Assembly: GCA_965249275.1 (NCBI GenBank)
Contig: CBDFLQ010000005.1
Location: 512,001 to 576,000 of the forward strand
From: Dehalococcoidia bacterium
GTDB taxonomy: Bacteria > Chloroflexota > Dehalococcoidia > Plut-88900
DNA length: 64,000 nucleotides
Direction of reading: 5' to 3'
Position numbers and translations under genes: made by a program. Shown one piece after another: positions 38,592 to 48,919 of the stretch (positions are counted from its first letter, which is position 1; every line of letters starts with the position of its first letter). Under the pieces are notes generated by a model. It saw only the letters and a program-made list of their open reading frames with translations, was not told the DNA's origin and did no database searches.

Positions 38592-39737
38592 ATGTCCGCG
38601 CCCAGACTTATCGATATAGACAGCCATGTGCTGGAGCCGCCGGACCTTTGGGTCGAGAATATCGAGGCGAAGTATAAGGACCGAGCGCTTCGTTTTGAGA
38701 AGGATGAGAAGGGCTGGGAATACATGTGTGTGGACAATGCGCACCACCACGGGTATTTCCTGGACGGCGGGATTTTCGGGAGGGCGGGCGCGGGCCAACC
38801 CGACCGGCCTCATCCGATTCAAGACTATCTGACACCTGGGAAGGTCGGGTATGCGGAGGGACGACCTCCGGCCGCCTACGACCCCGATGAGCACGTGAAG
38901 GTGTTGGACCAGCGGGGGATAGACACGGTGATCCTGTACCCGACGCTGGGACTGACGTGGGAGACTGTGTGCCCTGATGCGGGTCTCGCTTTGGCTTACG
39001 CCCGGGTCTACAACGACTGGATCGCTCAATTCTGCAGCACCAACCCCTCTCGGCTGGCGCATGTGGCCCACGTTCCACTTCGGGACATGGCGGGGGCTGT
39101 CGAGGAGGTGAGGCGGGTGAAGGGGCAGGGGGCGAAGGGGCTGATGGTCTACGGTCGGCCAACGAATGGTGGCTCGTATGGGGATGCGTACTTTGATCCG
39201 CTGTGGGACGTGTGCCAGGAACTCGACATGCCGGTGTCGCTGCACGCTACGGGGAACCCGCGGCATTTTGGGAACGAGTTGTACCCACAGTCGGACCACA
39301 CAGTAACGTGGTGGGTGTACATGTGGGCTGCGGAGGACGTGAAGCTGGGGTTTACATCGTTCTTCCAGGGAGGCGTGTTCGAGCGGTTCCCGGGATTCAA
39401 GCTGGTGGTTACGGAGTCAGGGAGTGGATGGCTGCCACACTGGCTGGAGCGGATGGACGAGTACTACGAGCTTTTCGGTTTCACGACGGGTATGAAGATG
39501 AAGCCGACGGAGTATTTCAAGCGGCAGTGCTGGATCGACATGGAGCCGGAAGAGAAGGAAGCACATCGGCCGATTGAGTTGCTCGGGGCGGACAGGTTCC
39601 TTTGGGCAGGTGACTTTCCGCACAGCGACAGCAGCGCTGACCCTGTGGGTGAGTTGAAGGAGAACCTGAGTTCGCTGCCGGAGTCGGACCAGCGGAAGAT
39701 CATGGGGGAGAATGCGGTAGGATTGTACGGGTTGTAG
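38592..39737 (+). CDS. Amidohydrolase_2-family metalloenzyme, paralogue 4
   Basis: DIDSHVLEP, YNDW, FDPLW, SLHA, ESGSGW and GDFPHSD. Confidence 0.9.
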   Translation: MSAPRLIDIDSHVLEPPDLWVENIEAKYKDRALRFEKDEKGWEYMCVDNAHHHGYFLDGGIFGRAGAGQPDRPHPIQDYLTPGKVGYAEGRPPAAYDPDEHVKVLDQRGIDTVILYPTLGLTWETVCPDAGLALAYARVYNDWIAQFCSTNPSRLAHVAHVPLRDMAGAVEEVRRVKGQGAKGLMVYGRPTNGGSYGDAYFDPLWDVCQELDMPVSLHATGNPRHFGNELYPQSDHTVTWWVYMWAAEDVKLGFTSFFQGGVFERFPGFKLVVTESGSGWLPHWLERMDEYYELFGFTTGMKMKPTEYFKRQCWIDMEPEEKEAHRPIELLGADRFLWAGDFPHSDSSADPVGELKENLSSLPESDQRKIMGENAVGLYGL

Positions 39738-39775
39738 GGTTAATCTCACCCTTACTTTGGTCCTCTCCCCGTCAA

Positions 39776-39908
39776 GAGACCTTTGCAAAAATGCTGGTCA
39801 CGCCAGTGGTGCCATCCAGATCACCTTACCTCCTTCCCCCCGCTCATACTTCAAGAGCCTCAGCACGAGCGGCCCCGGCCCCTCCGGCACGGGTTATGCA
39901 AAGATCGC
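39776..39908 (+). mobile_element. MITE-B (133 bp), IS1106/IS5-like terminal inverted repeats
   Basis: GAGACCTTTGCAAAA...TTATGCAAAGATCGC, flanked by GTCAA/ATCGA in the loop of a family A hairpin. Confidence 0.8.
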
Positions 39909-40037
39909 ATCGAGGGAGAGGAGGCTGGATATCACCCTCTGCCCCAGAGATAAAAATGGAAACAACAAGAATTACAGCATTCTTGTTGTTTCTTTAACAG
40001 TAGGGGACGTACGCTTCAGGAGACTTGAATTTTGACG

Positions 40038-41195
40038 ATGTCGAATGGCGAGCCCAAGATTGTGGATGCGGATGGGCATGTGTTGGAGCCTCCCGGGTTG
40101 TGGGAGGAGTACCTGGAGCCCGAGTACAAGAACCGCGCCATTCGAATCGCCACTAACGAGGCGGGGCTGGAGTATATCGAGATTGATGGGAGGCCGTCAG
40201 AGGCGGGGGCGGTGGGGACATTGGGGAACGTGGCATCGGCGGGTAAGTCGATGGAGTGGAGGCTGGAGAATAGCCTGAAACCAGGCGCCTTCACCTACGC
40301 CGACGGTCTGAAGATGGCTCCCGGCTCCTGCGACTCCCATGAACGGATCAAGGTGCTGGACGGGGATGGGATCGACGTTGCGGTGCTCTATCACACGATC
40401 ATCGTTCAGACGCAGTCGGAGTGGAAGGACGCGGAATTGTCGGCGGCGTATGCCCGGGCGTACAACCGATGGATAGTGGATTTCTGCGAGCCCTATCCGG
40501 ACAGGCTCATTCCGATTCCTCACCTTTCCATGCTCGACGTAGAGCTTGCAGTTGCCGAGCTTCAGAGAGTGGCGGGGCTCGGGGCCAGGGCGGTCAATAT
40601 CGGTATGGAAGCCCCGGAGGGCCGGCCATACGGGGACTCTCTCTACGACCCGTTTTGGGCCGAGGCCCAGGAGTCGGGGCTGCCGGTTACCATTCATCCC
40701 CACGATAGCGTCAAAGCTCCCGGGGTCATCCAGGGCTACTACAAGATCACCTACTCGGACACCTACTGGTGGCATCTAACGACTGCGGTCCTGGATATGC
40801 CGCTGGCAGTCGCCTCTTTATTTCAGGGTGGAGTGTTCGAGAAGTTTCCGGGGTTGAAGATAGTGATATTGGAGTCGGGGTGCGGGTGGCTGCCGTGGTG
40901 GCTTGATCGGATGGATGAGAAGTTCGAGATAGCCGGGTTCACGACCGGATGCAAGCGGCCCCCAAGCGAGTATTTCAAGGAGCAATGTTGGATCTCCCTG
41001 GACCCCGATGAACATTTTGCCCCGGCGGTCATAACGCACGTTGGGGCGGACAGGTTCATCTGGGCATCGGACTATCCACATGCGGACGGTGTGCCGGACC
41101 CGGTCAATGAACTCAGGAAGACCCTGGAGGTGCTGCCGGAGGTCGACCAACTTAAAGTGTTGGGGGAGAATGCGGTTGGGTTATATGGGTTGTAG
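40038..41195 (+). CDS. Amidohydrolase_2-family metalloenzyme, paralogue 5
   Basis: DADGHVLEP, RAYNRW, YDPFW, TIHP, ESGCGW and SDYPHAD. Confidence 0.9.
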   Translation: MSNGEPKIVDADGHVLEPPGLWEEYLEPEYKNRAIRIATNEAGLEYIEIDGRPSEAGAVGTLGNVASAGKSMEWRLENSLKPGAFTYADGLKMAPGSCDSHERIKVLDGDGIDVAVLYHTIIVQTQSEWKDAELSAAYARAYNRWIVDFCEPYPDRLIPIPHLSMLDVELAVAELQRVAGLGARAVNIGMEAPEGRPYGDSLYDPFWAEAQESGLPVTIHPHDSVKAPGVIQGYYKITYSDTYWWHLTTAVLDMPLAVASLFQGGVFEKFPGLKIVILESGCGWLPWWLDRMDEKFEIAGFTTGCKRPPSEYFKEQCWISLDPDEHFAPAVITHVGADRFIWASDYPHADGVPDPVNELRKTLEVLPEVDQLKVLGENAVGLYGL

Positions 41196-41414
41196 GGGAG
41201 GTTCACCCTCACTCTTCTTGGTGAGCCTACGGTCCTAGCCCTCTCAGGCTTGGCGCAACTCCCGGGCGTGGGGCTAGGACACCCCGCCCATTCCGCTCTT
41301 GAGACCCTTCGACTCGGCTCACGCCACGGCGCATCTTCGACAGGGCGAGCGGAATACCCCGCCCTTGGGGATGTATGTGCCATATTTCGTGAGCATCCTA
41401 CGCAGGAATGGAGG

Positions 41415-42410
41415 TCATGCAAAGGTCTCGAAGAGGGGTATGACCTCTTCTCCGAAGAGCTGAATCTGCTCCTGCATTTCGGGGAAGGTGTCGACGGCGA
41501 AGTCCTGAATAATGATGTGGTCGATTCCTTCCCGGCAGATGTTCCGTATCTGCTCGGCGACTTCGGATGGGGTGCCGACGCACCTGGTGAATCGGTAGGA
41601 TTTGCTGCCCAGGCCACGGGGCCCGTTCATGAGCAGGCTGTTTTGGAACCTGTCGACGGCCTTTTCGTGGGTAGGGTCAACTCTAAGGGCTATGGTGTGG
41701 GCCATTTCCAGGGTGGAGGGGTCTCGGCCTGCGTTTTCGGCGAGGCGCTTGACGGTTTCAATGCGCTCGCCGAGGGTCTGATCCCCCACGTTAGTTAGCA
41801 TCCAGCCCGTGCCCCATTTGACCACGCGCTCCGGGGTCTTGGGCCCCGTGCCCGTGATGTATATGGGGAGGGGGTCCTGGAGGGGTTTGGGGTGCAGGGA
41901 GATATCTTCGAACCCATAGTGCTTGCTGGAGAAGCTCGCGGGATCTTGGGTGAATATCGCGTGTAGGGCTTCAAGGGCCTCTTCGAACATCTCGCCGCGG
42001 TGGGCGTGTTTCTGGCGGGGCTTCACGTTGACGAATTCGTCGCGGTAGTGGCCGATTCCTACAGCCAATGACACTCGGCCCTTGCTGAATACATCCAGAG
42101 TCGCGACCTGCTTGGCGAGGGCCACGGGCTCACGCTGGGGCAGGGTGAGGGCGGCGACCCCGAGCCTGATACACTTTGTTACAGCGGCAGCGCTGGCAAG
42201 GGTGATGAGAATTTCGTAGACGTTAGGAGGCTGGTCGTAGCGATAGCGGGCGCCCCTTGGGGTGTTGAGGTGGTCGTTGCCCCAGGCGGAATAGAAGCCG
42301 AGGGACTCGGCTTGGGGGAACAGGCCAATGATCTGCTCCGGGGTCGAGAAGGCGGAGGGTATGTAGATGCCCTCTCGGCCGGCGGGGACCTGGATGCCGA
42401 ACTTCACCAT
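41415..42410 (-). CDS. LLM-class (luciferase-like) flavin/F420-dependent oxidoreductase
   Basis: MVKFGI, AESLGFYSAWGNDH, LAKQVATLDVFSKGR, PKPLQ and GTPSEV. Start reassigned to ATG 42410. Confidence 0.88.
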   Translation of the reverse strand: MVKFGIQVPAGREGIYIPSAFSTPEQIIGLFPQAESLGFYSAWGNDHLNTPRGARYRYDQPPNVYEILITLASAAAVTKCIRLGVAALTLPQREPVALAKQVATLDVFSKGRVSLAVGIGHYRDEFVNVKPRQKHAHRGEMFEEALEALHAIFTQDPASFSSKHYGFEDISLHPKPLQDPLPIYITGTGPKTPERVVKWGTGWMLTNVGDQTLGERIETVKRLAENAGRDPSTLEMAHTIALRVDPTHEKAVDRFQNSLLMNGPRGLGSKSYRFTRCVGTPSEVAEQIRNICREGIDHIIIQDFAVDTFPEMQEQIQLFGEEVIPLFETFA

Positions 42411-42647
42411 GAGTTTGTGCCCGTTTCCATTGGGTGGACTAGATAGTAGTATAGCTTTCGGGGGCTGGGAGAGTGGGGGGTTAGGAAGAAGGTGAGGGGG
42501 CAAGTACTAGATTCCTCGCGGAGCCTCGGAATGACAGTGAAAAGGGCCTCGGTTTGACAGGGGAGAGGTGGGGAGGGCGACCACGAGAGTCGCTCCTACG
42601 GGGAGTGGGAATGGAAGAACGGAAAGAGCACGAATGGAGGGGTAAGA

Positions 42648-43754
42648 ATGAAAAGAATAGAAATGGACTATTCGAAGAGGTGCTGGGAGGAACAGGAGAA
42701 GGTACACAACCGCTGGCACCCGGATATTCCGCCAGCGTTAGAGGTGGAGCCGGAGGAAGAGGTCTACCTGCAGACCAGGGACGCGCTGGATGGACAAATA
42801 ACCCCGGAGTCCACATTGGCAGATGTGCCGGGCATTGACGGCGGTGTCGTGCACCCGATGACAGGGCCCGTGTACGTAAAAGGGGCTAAGCCGGGAGATT
42901 TGCTGGAAATCGAAATCATCGACATAGTGCCTGGGACTTTCGGGTTCACGGGGATACTGCCGCATTTCGGGTTTCTGTCGGACCTGTTTACGGACCCATT
43001 CCTGGTGAAATGGTCGATGGACGGGAAGCACGCGGTGTCGGAGCAGCTGCCGGGGCTGCGGATCCCGGAGGCGTCGTTTATGGGAACAATCGGGGTTGCA
43101 CCGTCAAGGGCAGCTATGGAGGAGTGGCGGGAGAGGGAAGCTCGGGCGGCGGAGGCGGGGGGATTCGCGGAGCCGCCGGACAAGGCGGGGGCGGTGCCGA
43201 CGTGGGAGCCGATAGCTTCGGAGGGGCTGAGGACGATTCCGCCGAGGGAGAACGGCGGCAACATGGATATCAAACAGCTGACCAAAGGCGTTCGGCTACT
43301 GTGTCCGGTGTTTGTGGACGGGGGGATGTTCTCGGCGGGGGACGGGCACTTTGCACAGGGGGACGGAGAGACGTGCGGGACGGCGGTGGAGATGGCTACG
43401 GCGATTCACGCTCGATTTCGGATAAGGGAGGGAGCGGCCGAGAGACGGAACATCCGGTTCCCGATATTCGAAGCGGACAACTACTGGACGTCGCCGGAGA
43501 TGGCGGCGCCCAAGCGGTTCATTGCGACTACAGGGATGCCGATAGAGGATGGTCGGAACGAGTCGGGGAATATAACGTTGGCGACCAGGCAGGCGCTACT
43601 GAACATGATCGGGATAATCATGGAGCGGGGGTACTCCAGGGAGCAGGCGTACTGCATAACGAGCGTGGCGGTCGATTTCAAGGTGAGCGAGGTGGTGGAC
43701 TTGCCGAACGTTTGCGTGTCGGCGTTTCTGCCGTTGGACATATTTGAGGGGTAG
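42648..43754 (+). CDS. Acetamidase/formamidase (FmdA/AmdA family), paralogue 1
   Basis: HNRWHPDIP, HPMTGPVYV.GAKPGD, PPRENGGNMDIK, GDGHFAQGDGE.CGTAVE and VVDLPN. Confidence 0.92.
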   Translation: MKRIEMDYSKRCWEEQEKVHNRWHPDIPPALEVEPEEEVYLQTRDALDGQITPESTLADVPGIDGGVVHPMTGPVYVKGAKPGDLLEIEIIDIVPGTFGFTGILPHFGFLSDLFTDPFLVKWSMDGKHAVSEQLPGLRIPEASFMGTIGVAPSRAAMEEWREREARAAEAGGFAEPPDKAGAVPTWEPIASEGLRTIPPRENGGNMDIKQLTKGVRLLCPVFVDGGMFSAGDGHFAQGDGETCGTAVEMATAIHARFRIREGAAERRNIRFPIFEADNYWTSPEMAAPKRFIATTGMPIEDGRNESGNITLATRQALLNMIGIIMERGYSREQAYCITSVAVDFKVSEVVDLPNVCVSAFLPLDIFEG

Positions 43755-43921
43755 GGGGAGAGGCCCCCACCCGGAATCCGCTCGACCCTTCGACCTGGCT
43801 CAGGATGAGCGGATTCTCCCCGCCCTAGGGGTTTTAAGGAGGAAGGTGAATGGGAAGTCCTAGATTCCTCGCGGGGCCGCGGAATAACAGGTAAAAAGAG
43901 TTTTGGAATGGAGAAGGAAAA

Positions 43922-45028
43922 ATGAAGAGCATAGAACTGGATTATTCGAAGAGGTGTGGGGAGGAGCCGGAGAAGGGGCACAATCGCTGGCACCCGGACA
44001 TCCCGCCGGCGCTGGAGGTCGAGCCGGAAGAGGAGGTGTATCTCGAGACCCGGGACGCCTCGGACGGCCAGTGCACCCCCGACTCTACGTCAGAGTCACT
44101 GCTTGGGTTTAGCCGCAATGTGGTGCACCCGCTCACGGGGCCCGTGTACGTGAAGGGCGCCAAGCCCGGCGACCTGCTGGAAATCGACATCATAGACATC
44201 GTGCCCGGTACTTTCGGATTCACGAGCATTAAACCGGGCTTCGGGTTTATTGCCGACCTGTATGGCGAACCGTTCCTGGCGAAATGGTCGATGGACGGGA
44301 AACATGCGGTGTCGGAGCAAATTCCCAACGTGAGGATCCCTGAGGCGTCGTTCATGGGTACCATAGGCGTGGCTCCTTCCAGAGCTTTGATGGAAGCGTG
44401 CCGTGAGAGGGAGGCTCGGGCGGCGGAGGCTGGAGGGACGGCGCTGCCGCCGGAAAAGATTGGAGCGGTGCCTTCCTGGGACCCGGTGGCATCGGAGGGA
44501 CTGAGGACCATGCCGCCCAGGGAGAATGGCGGGAACATGGACATTAAACAGCTGACTCGTGGCGTTCGCCTGCTGTGCCCGGTCTTCGTAGAAGGAGGGT
44601 TGTTCTCGGCGGGGGATGGGCATTTTGCACAGGGGGACAGCGAATGCTGCGGGACGGCGGTCGAGATGTCGGCGGCGATTCATGCCAAGTTCCGGATAAG
44701 AGAGGGAGCAGCAGAGAGGCGTAACATCCGGTTCCCGATATTCGAGTCGGACCAGTACTGGACATCGCCGGAGATGGCGGCGCCGAAACGGTTCATAGCG
44801 ACTACGGGTATGCCGATAGAGGATGGCCGGAACGAGTCCGGTAACGTGACTCTCGCCATGAGACAGGCGCTTCTAAACATGATCAGCCTGCTGATGGAGC
44901 GGGGGTACAGTCGGGAGCAGGCGTACGTAATCTGCAGCGTGGCGGTGGACTTCAAGGTGAGCGAGGTAGTGGACCTGCCAAACGTGTGCGTGTCGGCGTT
45001 TCTGCCGTTGGACATATTTGGGGGGTGA
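43922..45028 (+). CDS. Acetamidase/formamidase (FmdA/AmdA family), paralogue 2
   Basis: Tandem duplicate of paralogue 1, same length (368 aa). Confidence 0.92.
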   Translation: MKSIELDYSKRCGEEPEKGHNRWHPDIPPALEVEPEEEVYLETRDASDGQCTPDSTSESLLGFSRNVVHPLTGPVYVKGAKPGDLLEIDIIDIVPGTFGFTSIKPGFGFIADLYGEPFLAKWSMDGKHAVSEQIPNVRIPEASFMGTIGVAPSRALMEACREREARAAEAGGTALPPEKIGAVPSWDPVASEGLRTMPPRENGGNMDIKQLTRGVRLLCPVFVEGGLFSAGDGHFAQGDSECCGTAVEMSAAIHAKFRIREGAAERRNIRFPIFESDQYWTSPEMAAPKRFIATTGMPIEDGRNESGNVTLAMRQALLNMISLLMERGYSREQAYVICSVAVDFKVSEVVDLPNVCVSAFLPLDIFGG

Positions 45029-45059
45029 GGGGGGGAGAGGAATCACCCTCACTAATCGA

Positions 45060-45190
45060 GAGCCCTTTGCGTAACTGCAGATCGCATCTCTGTTGTTCCA
45101 TCCATATGCCCTAACACCCCCCTGCTCATACTTCGAGAGCCTCAGCACGAGCGGCCCCGGCCCCGCCAACACCGGTTATGCAAAGGTCTC
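45060..45190 (+). mobile_element. MITE-B (131 bp)
   Basis: GAGCCCTTTGCGTAAC...GTTATGCAAAGGTCTC, flanked by ATCGA/ATTGA in a family A remnant. Confidence 0.82.
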
Positions 45191-45212
45191 ATTGAGGGAG
45201 AAGGGATAGGAC

Positions 45213-45284
45213 GGTACAGACCGGGGACATAGGTAACAGTTGTTCGGGGAGATAGGTAACACATGTTCGGAGACATGGGTAACA
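45213..45284 (+). mobile_element. Solo IS481-like transposon end with three 23-bp-spaced GA(C/G)AT(A/G)GGTAACA sites
   Basis: Nearly identical to 57073-57123. The family assignment is from recalled similarity to IS481-type ends. Confidence 0.55.
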
Positions 45285-45316
45285 GATCGTGGGGTTTTCC
45301 CTGTGAGGGGTGTTCG

Positions 45317-45350
45317 GTAGGGAGGGCGACCAGCCGGTCGCCCTCCCTAC
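45317..45350. repeat. GTAG-type REP-like palindrome
   Basis: GTAGGGAGGGCGACC-AGCC-GGTCGCCCTCCCTAC. Related copies, mostly ending in CTAC, at ~8221-8247, 21196-21223, 42571-42599, 51272-51297 and 57245-57270. Confidence 0.75.
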
Positions 45351-45513
45351 CGGTAGAGGGAGGAGTTCGATTGAAGGGTGGGGGGTTTTTGGGTAGAATC
45401 GGGCGGCGGGGGAGCCACTATGGCCCTATCTCTCACGCCTCGGCGTACGCTAAAGGCGCACTTGCAGCATCTACGACTCCTATCAAGGGAGAGGGGATGG
45501 ACGGAGGAAATAA

Positions 45514-46605
45514 TTGAAGTTTGACAGAGTAATTTCGGCGGATTCCCATGTTGTCGAGCCGACGGAGCTGTGGTGGGACGCGATAGGGAAGAAGTTCGGA
45601 GAGCGGACGCCGCGTATCGTCAATGAACACCTGGGGAAGAAGGGCCGTTTCTTCTACACGGGGGCTCAGTATCTGAAGATAGACGAGACCGAGGCCGAGA
45701 TGGCGGATATGGGAGACCTGGTCGACGCGGGCAAGGACCCGGCGAAGCGGGTCAAGTTCCAACAGGAGGCCAAGGTCGAGGCGGAGGTGCTGAACCCGAC
45801 ATTGATGATGCTGGCGATGCAGGGCCGGGACCGGGAAGTGGTAAGGGCGGCGGCGCAGACATATAACGACTGGCTGGCCGAGTTCGTGTCGTACAGTCCC
45901 AAGACGTTGATCGGGATCGGGGCGGTGCCTATGGAGGACGTGGATTGGGGGTTGGCGGAGCTGGAACGGGTATCGAAAAAGGGCCTTAAGGGTGCCATGA
46001 TCAACGTCGTTCCGCCTGAGGGGTCGAAGCCGTACAGGGACAAATACTACGATCCGTTTTGGGCGGCGGCGGAGGACGCAGGGATTTCCATCACTTTGCA
46101 CTCTATAACGGGTCGGGTGCCGGACCCCCTGCACTTCCACACCAGGGAAGACATGGAGAGGGCGCCTAGCACGTGGGTCGATCTGTTCCTGGAGTTGACT
46201 ACTACGCTGGCTGACGACTTCATCTTCGGGCGGATACTAGACCGGTTTCCAAAACTGAAGCTGATCTGCGCCGAGTGGGAGATATCCTGGGTGCCGATGT
46301 TCATGTTCCGGATGGACCAGGTGCAAGGGGCAGCGGCGCACCGGATGCCGATGGAGAAGCTGGACATGCTGGCCAGCGACTACATAAAGAAACGGATGTG
46401 GCACGGGATGATCGATGACCCGTTCGGGCGGGACGCGGTAAATCACATTGGGGCGGACGGGGTGATGTGGGGGTCGGACTTCCCGCATATCCGGTCGATA
46501 GGGCTGGATGCGCATGCTTCACTGGAACGGATATTGGACGGTCTTTCGAGCGAAGACCAGGAGAAGCTGGTCGGGGGGAATGTGGCGAAGGTGCACGGGT
46601 TGTAG
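45514..46605 (+). CDS. Amidohydrolase_2-family metalloenzyme, divergent paralogue 6
   Basis: SADSHVVEP, YNDWL, YDPFW, TLH and WGSDFPH; TTG start after GGAGG. Confidence 0.88.
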   Translation: MKFDRVISADSHVVEPTELWWDAIGKKFGERTPRIVNEHLGKKGRFFYTGAQYLKIDETEAEMADMGDLVDAGKDPAKRVKFQQEAKVEAEVLNPTLMMLAMQGRDREVVRAAAQTYNDWLAEFVSYSPKTLIGIGAVPMEDVDWGLAELERVSKKGLKGAMINVVPPEGSKPYRDKYYDPFWAAAEDAGISITLHSITGRVPDPLHFHTREDMERAPSTWVDLFLELTTTLADDFIFGRILDRFPKLKLICAEWEISWVPMFMFRMDQVQGAAAHRMPMEKLDMLASDYIKKRMWHGMIDDPFGRDAVNHIGADGVMWGSDFPHIRSIGLDAHASLERILDGLSSEDQEKLVGGNVAKVHGL

Positions 46606-46680
46606 GGGGGAGGGAGTCACCCTCACCCTAGCCCTCTCCCGTCAAGGGAGAGGGGATTCCGAAGGATAGGAGAAAAAGAG

Positions 46681-47658
46681 ATGGGTGAAAAGAGTGTGAT
46701 GTTCAGGCCTCGGAGGTTGGGACATGCGAATTTGTTTGTTGGGGAGCTTGAACGCTCGATGGAGTTTTACACGAAGGTGTGCGGGCTCAGCGAGGTGTTC
46801 CGGGAGCCGCCGATCAAGGCAGGGTTTTTGAGCAACGGAAGTTCGCACCACGACGTGGCCCTGATCGAGATATCGGCGAGGGCGCGGAAGGCCGGGGATG
46901 GGTCGAGCCTGATATCGGAGAAGCGAGGCATGAGGCCTGGGCTGAACCACTTTGGGTGGGAGATGGAGAACGAGCTCGTGTTGCTGGAGGCTTATGAGCG
47001 GGCGCTGGAGTCGGGGCTGCCGATCCACAGGACGGCGGACCACCAAGTGTCGCACAGCGTTTATCTATTTGACCCTGAGGGCAACTACCACGAGTTCTAC
47101 GCTGATGCCGCCAAGGACTGGCGAGAAGTGTGGCGAGACGGGAATACGGAGGTGTTGACGGTCAAGTGGACACCGCAGACGGCAGAGCGAAGCACGGCCG
47201 CAAGGTACGCTGTAGACCCCAACCTCGTGCCTAACCCTGGAGCGATAATACCGAGCAGACAGGTGGGACACGGAGCGATTGTGGCCCAAAACTACGAGGG
47301 ACTGGTGGACTTCTACAAGGACGTGGCAGGGCTGGAAGTTGCTCACGCGGGGGCGGATGGGTCTTATACCGTGTTCACGGGTCCCCTGGACAGGCATGAC
47401 CTGGTGATACTGCCTTTGACTGAGGGCCGAGAGCCGGGGATGCACCATGTCGGGTTTGAGTTGAAGAGCGAGGAGGAAGTGGAAGCGGCGGAGGCAGCGG
47501 TGAGGGCCAAGGGCATAGAGCCGGAGGTTAGCATCGACTCGTCGACGAAGAGGAGTTTCTTCCTGCTGGACCCGGACGGGTTACGACTGGAATTCTATGT
47601 GTCGAGGGATGGGGATTGGGAGGAGGTGTCGGGGGTGGATGTTGCGTATCAGTTGTAG
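46681..47658 (+). CDS. Two-domain VOC-family protein (catechol 2,3-dioxygenase-like)
   Basis: RRLGHANL, HHDVAL, GLNHFGWE, DHQVSHSVYLFDPEGNYHE, and a second domain with GMHHVGFE...DPDGLRLE. Confidence 0.85.
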   Translation: MGEKSVMFRPRRLGHANLFVGELERSMEFYTKVCGLSEVFREPPIKAGFLSNGSSHHDVALIEISARARKAGDGSSLISEKRGMRPGLNHFGWEMENELVLLEAYERALESGLPIHRTADHQVSHSVYLFDPEGNYHEFYADAAKDWREVWRDGNTEVLTVKWTPQTAERSTAARYAVDPNLVPNPGAIIPSRQVGHGAIVAQNYEGLVDFYKDVAGLEVAHAGADGSYTVFTGPLDRHDLVILPLTEGREPGMHHVGFELKSEEEVEAAEAAVRAKGIEPEVSIDSSTKRSFFLLDPDGLRLEFYVSRDGDWEEVSGVDVAYQL

Positions 47659-47697
47659 GGGATGAATTCACGTCTCAGCACATCTACAACCCTTCAA

Positions 47698-47830
47698 AGG
47701 ACCTATGCGTAACTGCTGATCACGCCAGTGGTGCCATCTAGATCATCTTACCTCCCTCCCCCCGCTCATACTTCGAGAGCCTCAGCACGAGCGGCCCCGA
47801 CCCCTCCAACGCAGGTTATGCAAAGGTAAC
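47698..47830 (+). mobile_element. MITE-B (133 bp)
   Basis: AGGACCTATGCGTAAC...GTTATGCAAAGGTAAC; internal sequence closely matches the 39776 copy; followed by GTCTA-GGGAGGGGG. Confidence 0.78.
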
Positions 47831-47855
47831 GTCTAGGGAGGGGGGATAGGACGAT

Positions 47856-48878
47856 ATGAACATATCGAATGTTATAAGCAGTGTTGAGGCACATGCCGCC
47901 GGGTGTCCCCTGAGGGTGATAACCGGCGGTTTTCCTATGATTCCCGGCGAGTCGGTGGTGGAGAAGACCCAGTACCTGCGGGACGAGATGGACCATCTTC
48001 GGACGGCGGTGCTGTTCGAGCCTCGGGGACACAGCGGAATGTGTGCGACGGTGATAACGGAACCTTCGATGCCGGGGGCCGACGTGGGGATGATCATCCT
48101 GGAGCCGCAGGGATACGTGCCTATGTGCGGCCACTGCACTATAGCGACATGCACCGTGCTGGTGGAGACGGGCATGGTGGAAGTGCAAGAGCCGGTAACC
48201 AGGATAAACCTGGAGACGCTGGCGGGGCTCATCGAGGCGCGGGTGCTGGTGGAGGGGGGAAGGGCGAAATCGGTGACAATCCAGAATGTGCCGGCGTTTC
48301 TGTATGAGAAGGATGTGAGTGTAAACACGAGGGAGTTTGGCGAGGTCGTGCTGGACGTGGCTTATGGGGGGATGTACTACCTGCTCGTGGCTGCGGAGTC
48401 GGTGGGGCTGACACTTGGGGAGGGGGAGCTGGAGAAGATCATAGCCTCGGGGATTAGCATAAGGGATGACGCCCTGGAGCAGTTGGAAATAGTGCACCCT
48501 GAGCCGAATGGCCGGGAGCAGTCCTACTTCGGGGGCACGATGCAGGTGCAGTTCTACGGGCCTCCTACCCACCCAGAGGCCAATTCCAAGAATGTCGTGG
48601 TGATACCGCCGGGGAGCATCGACCGGTCGCCGTGCGGGACGGGGACTTGCTCTCGGCTGGCGGTGATGTACTCCGACGGGAAGATAGGCAAGGGTGAAGA
48701 ATTCGTTTACGAAAGCTACATCGGGACGCTGTTCCGGGCTCGGGCGATAGGAGAGACCATGGTCGGGGACTACCCGGCAATAGTGCCTGAGCTGACAGGA
48801 TCGGCATACGTGACTGCGATGCACCAGTTTGTAATAGACCCTGACGACCCGCTAAAGCACGGCTTTTTGATGAGCTGA
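47856..48878 (+). CDS. Proline racemase / hydroxyproline epimerase family
   Basis: EPRGH, MCGH and DRSPCGTG, with both catalytic Cys. Confidence 0.92.
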   Translation: MNISNVISSVEAHAAGCPLRVITGGFPMIPGESVVEKTQYLRDEMDHLRTAVLFEPRGHSGMCATVITEPSMPGADVGMIILEPQGYVPMCGHCTIATCTVLVETGMVEVQEPVTRINLETLAGLIEARVLVEGGRAKSVTIQNVPAFLYEKDVSVNTREFGEVVLDVAYGGMYYLLVAAESVGLTLGEGELEKIIASGISIRDDALEQLEIVHPEPNGREQSYFGGTMQVQFYGPPTHPEANSKNVVVIPPGSIDRSPCGTGTCSRLAVMYSDGKIGKGEEFVYESYIGTLFRARAIGETMVGDYPAIVPELTGSAYVTAMHQFVIDPDDPLKHGFLMS

Positions 48879-48919
48879 CGGCCGGGTCTCGGGGAGAGGA
48901 GACAAGGGCGAACAGACAG

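Noticed and set aside
47856-48878. Stickland D-proline reductase or selenoprotein context for the proline racemase
   Set aside because: No prd genes nearby, and I saw no in-frame TGA followed by continued homology in the annotated genes.
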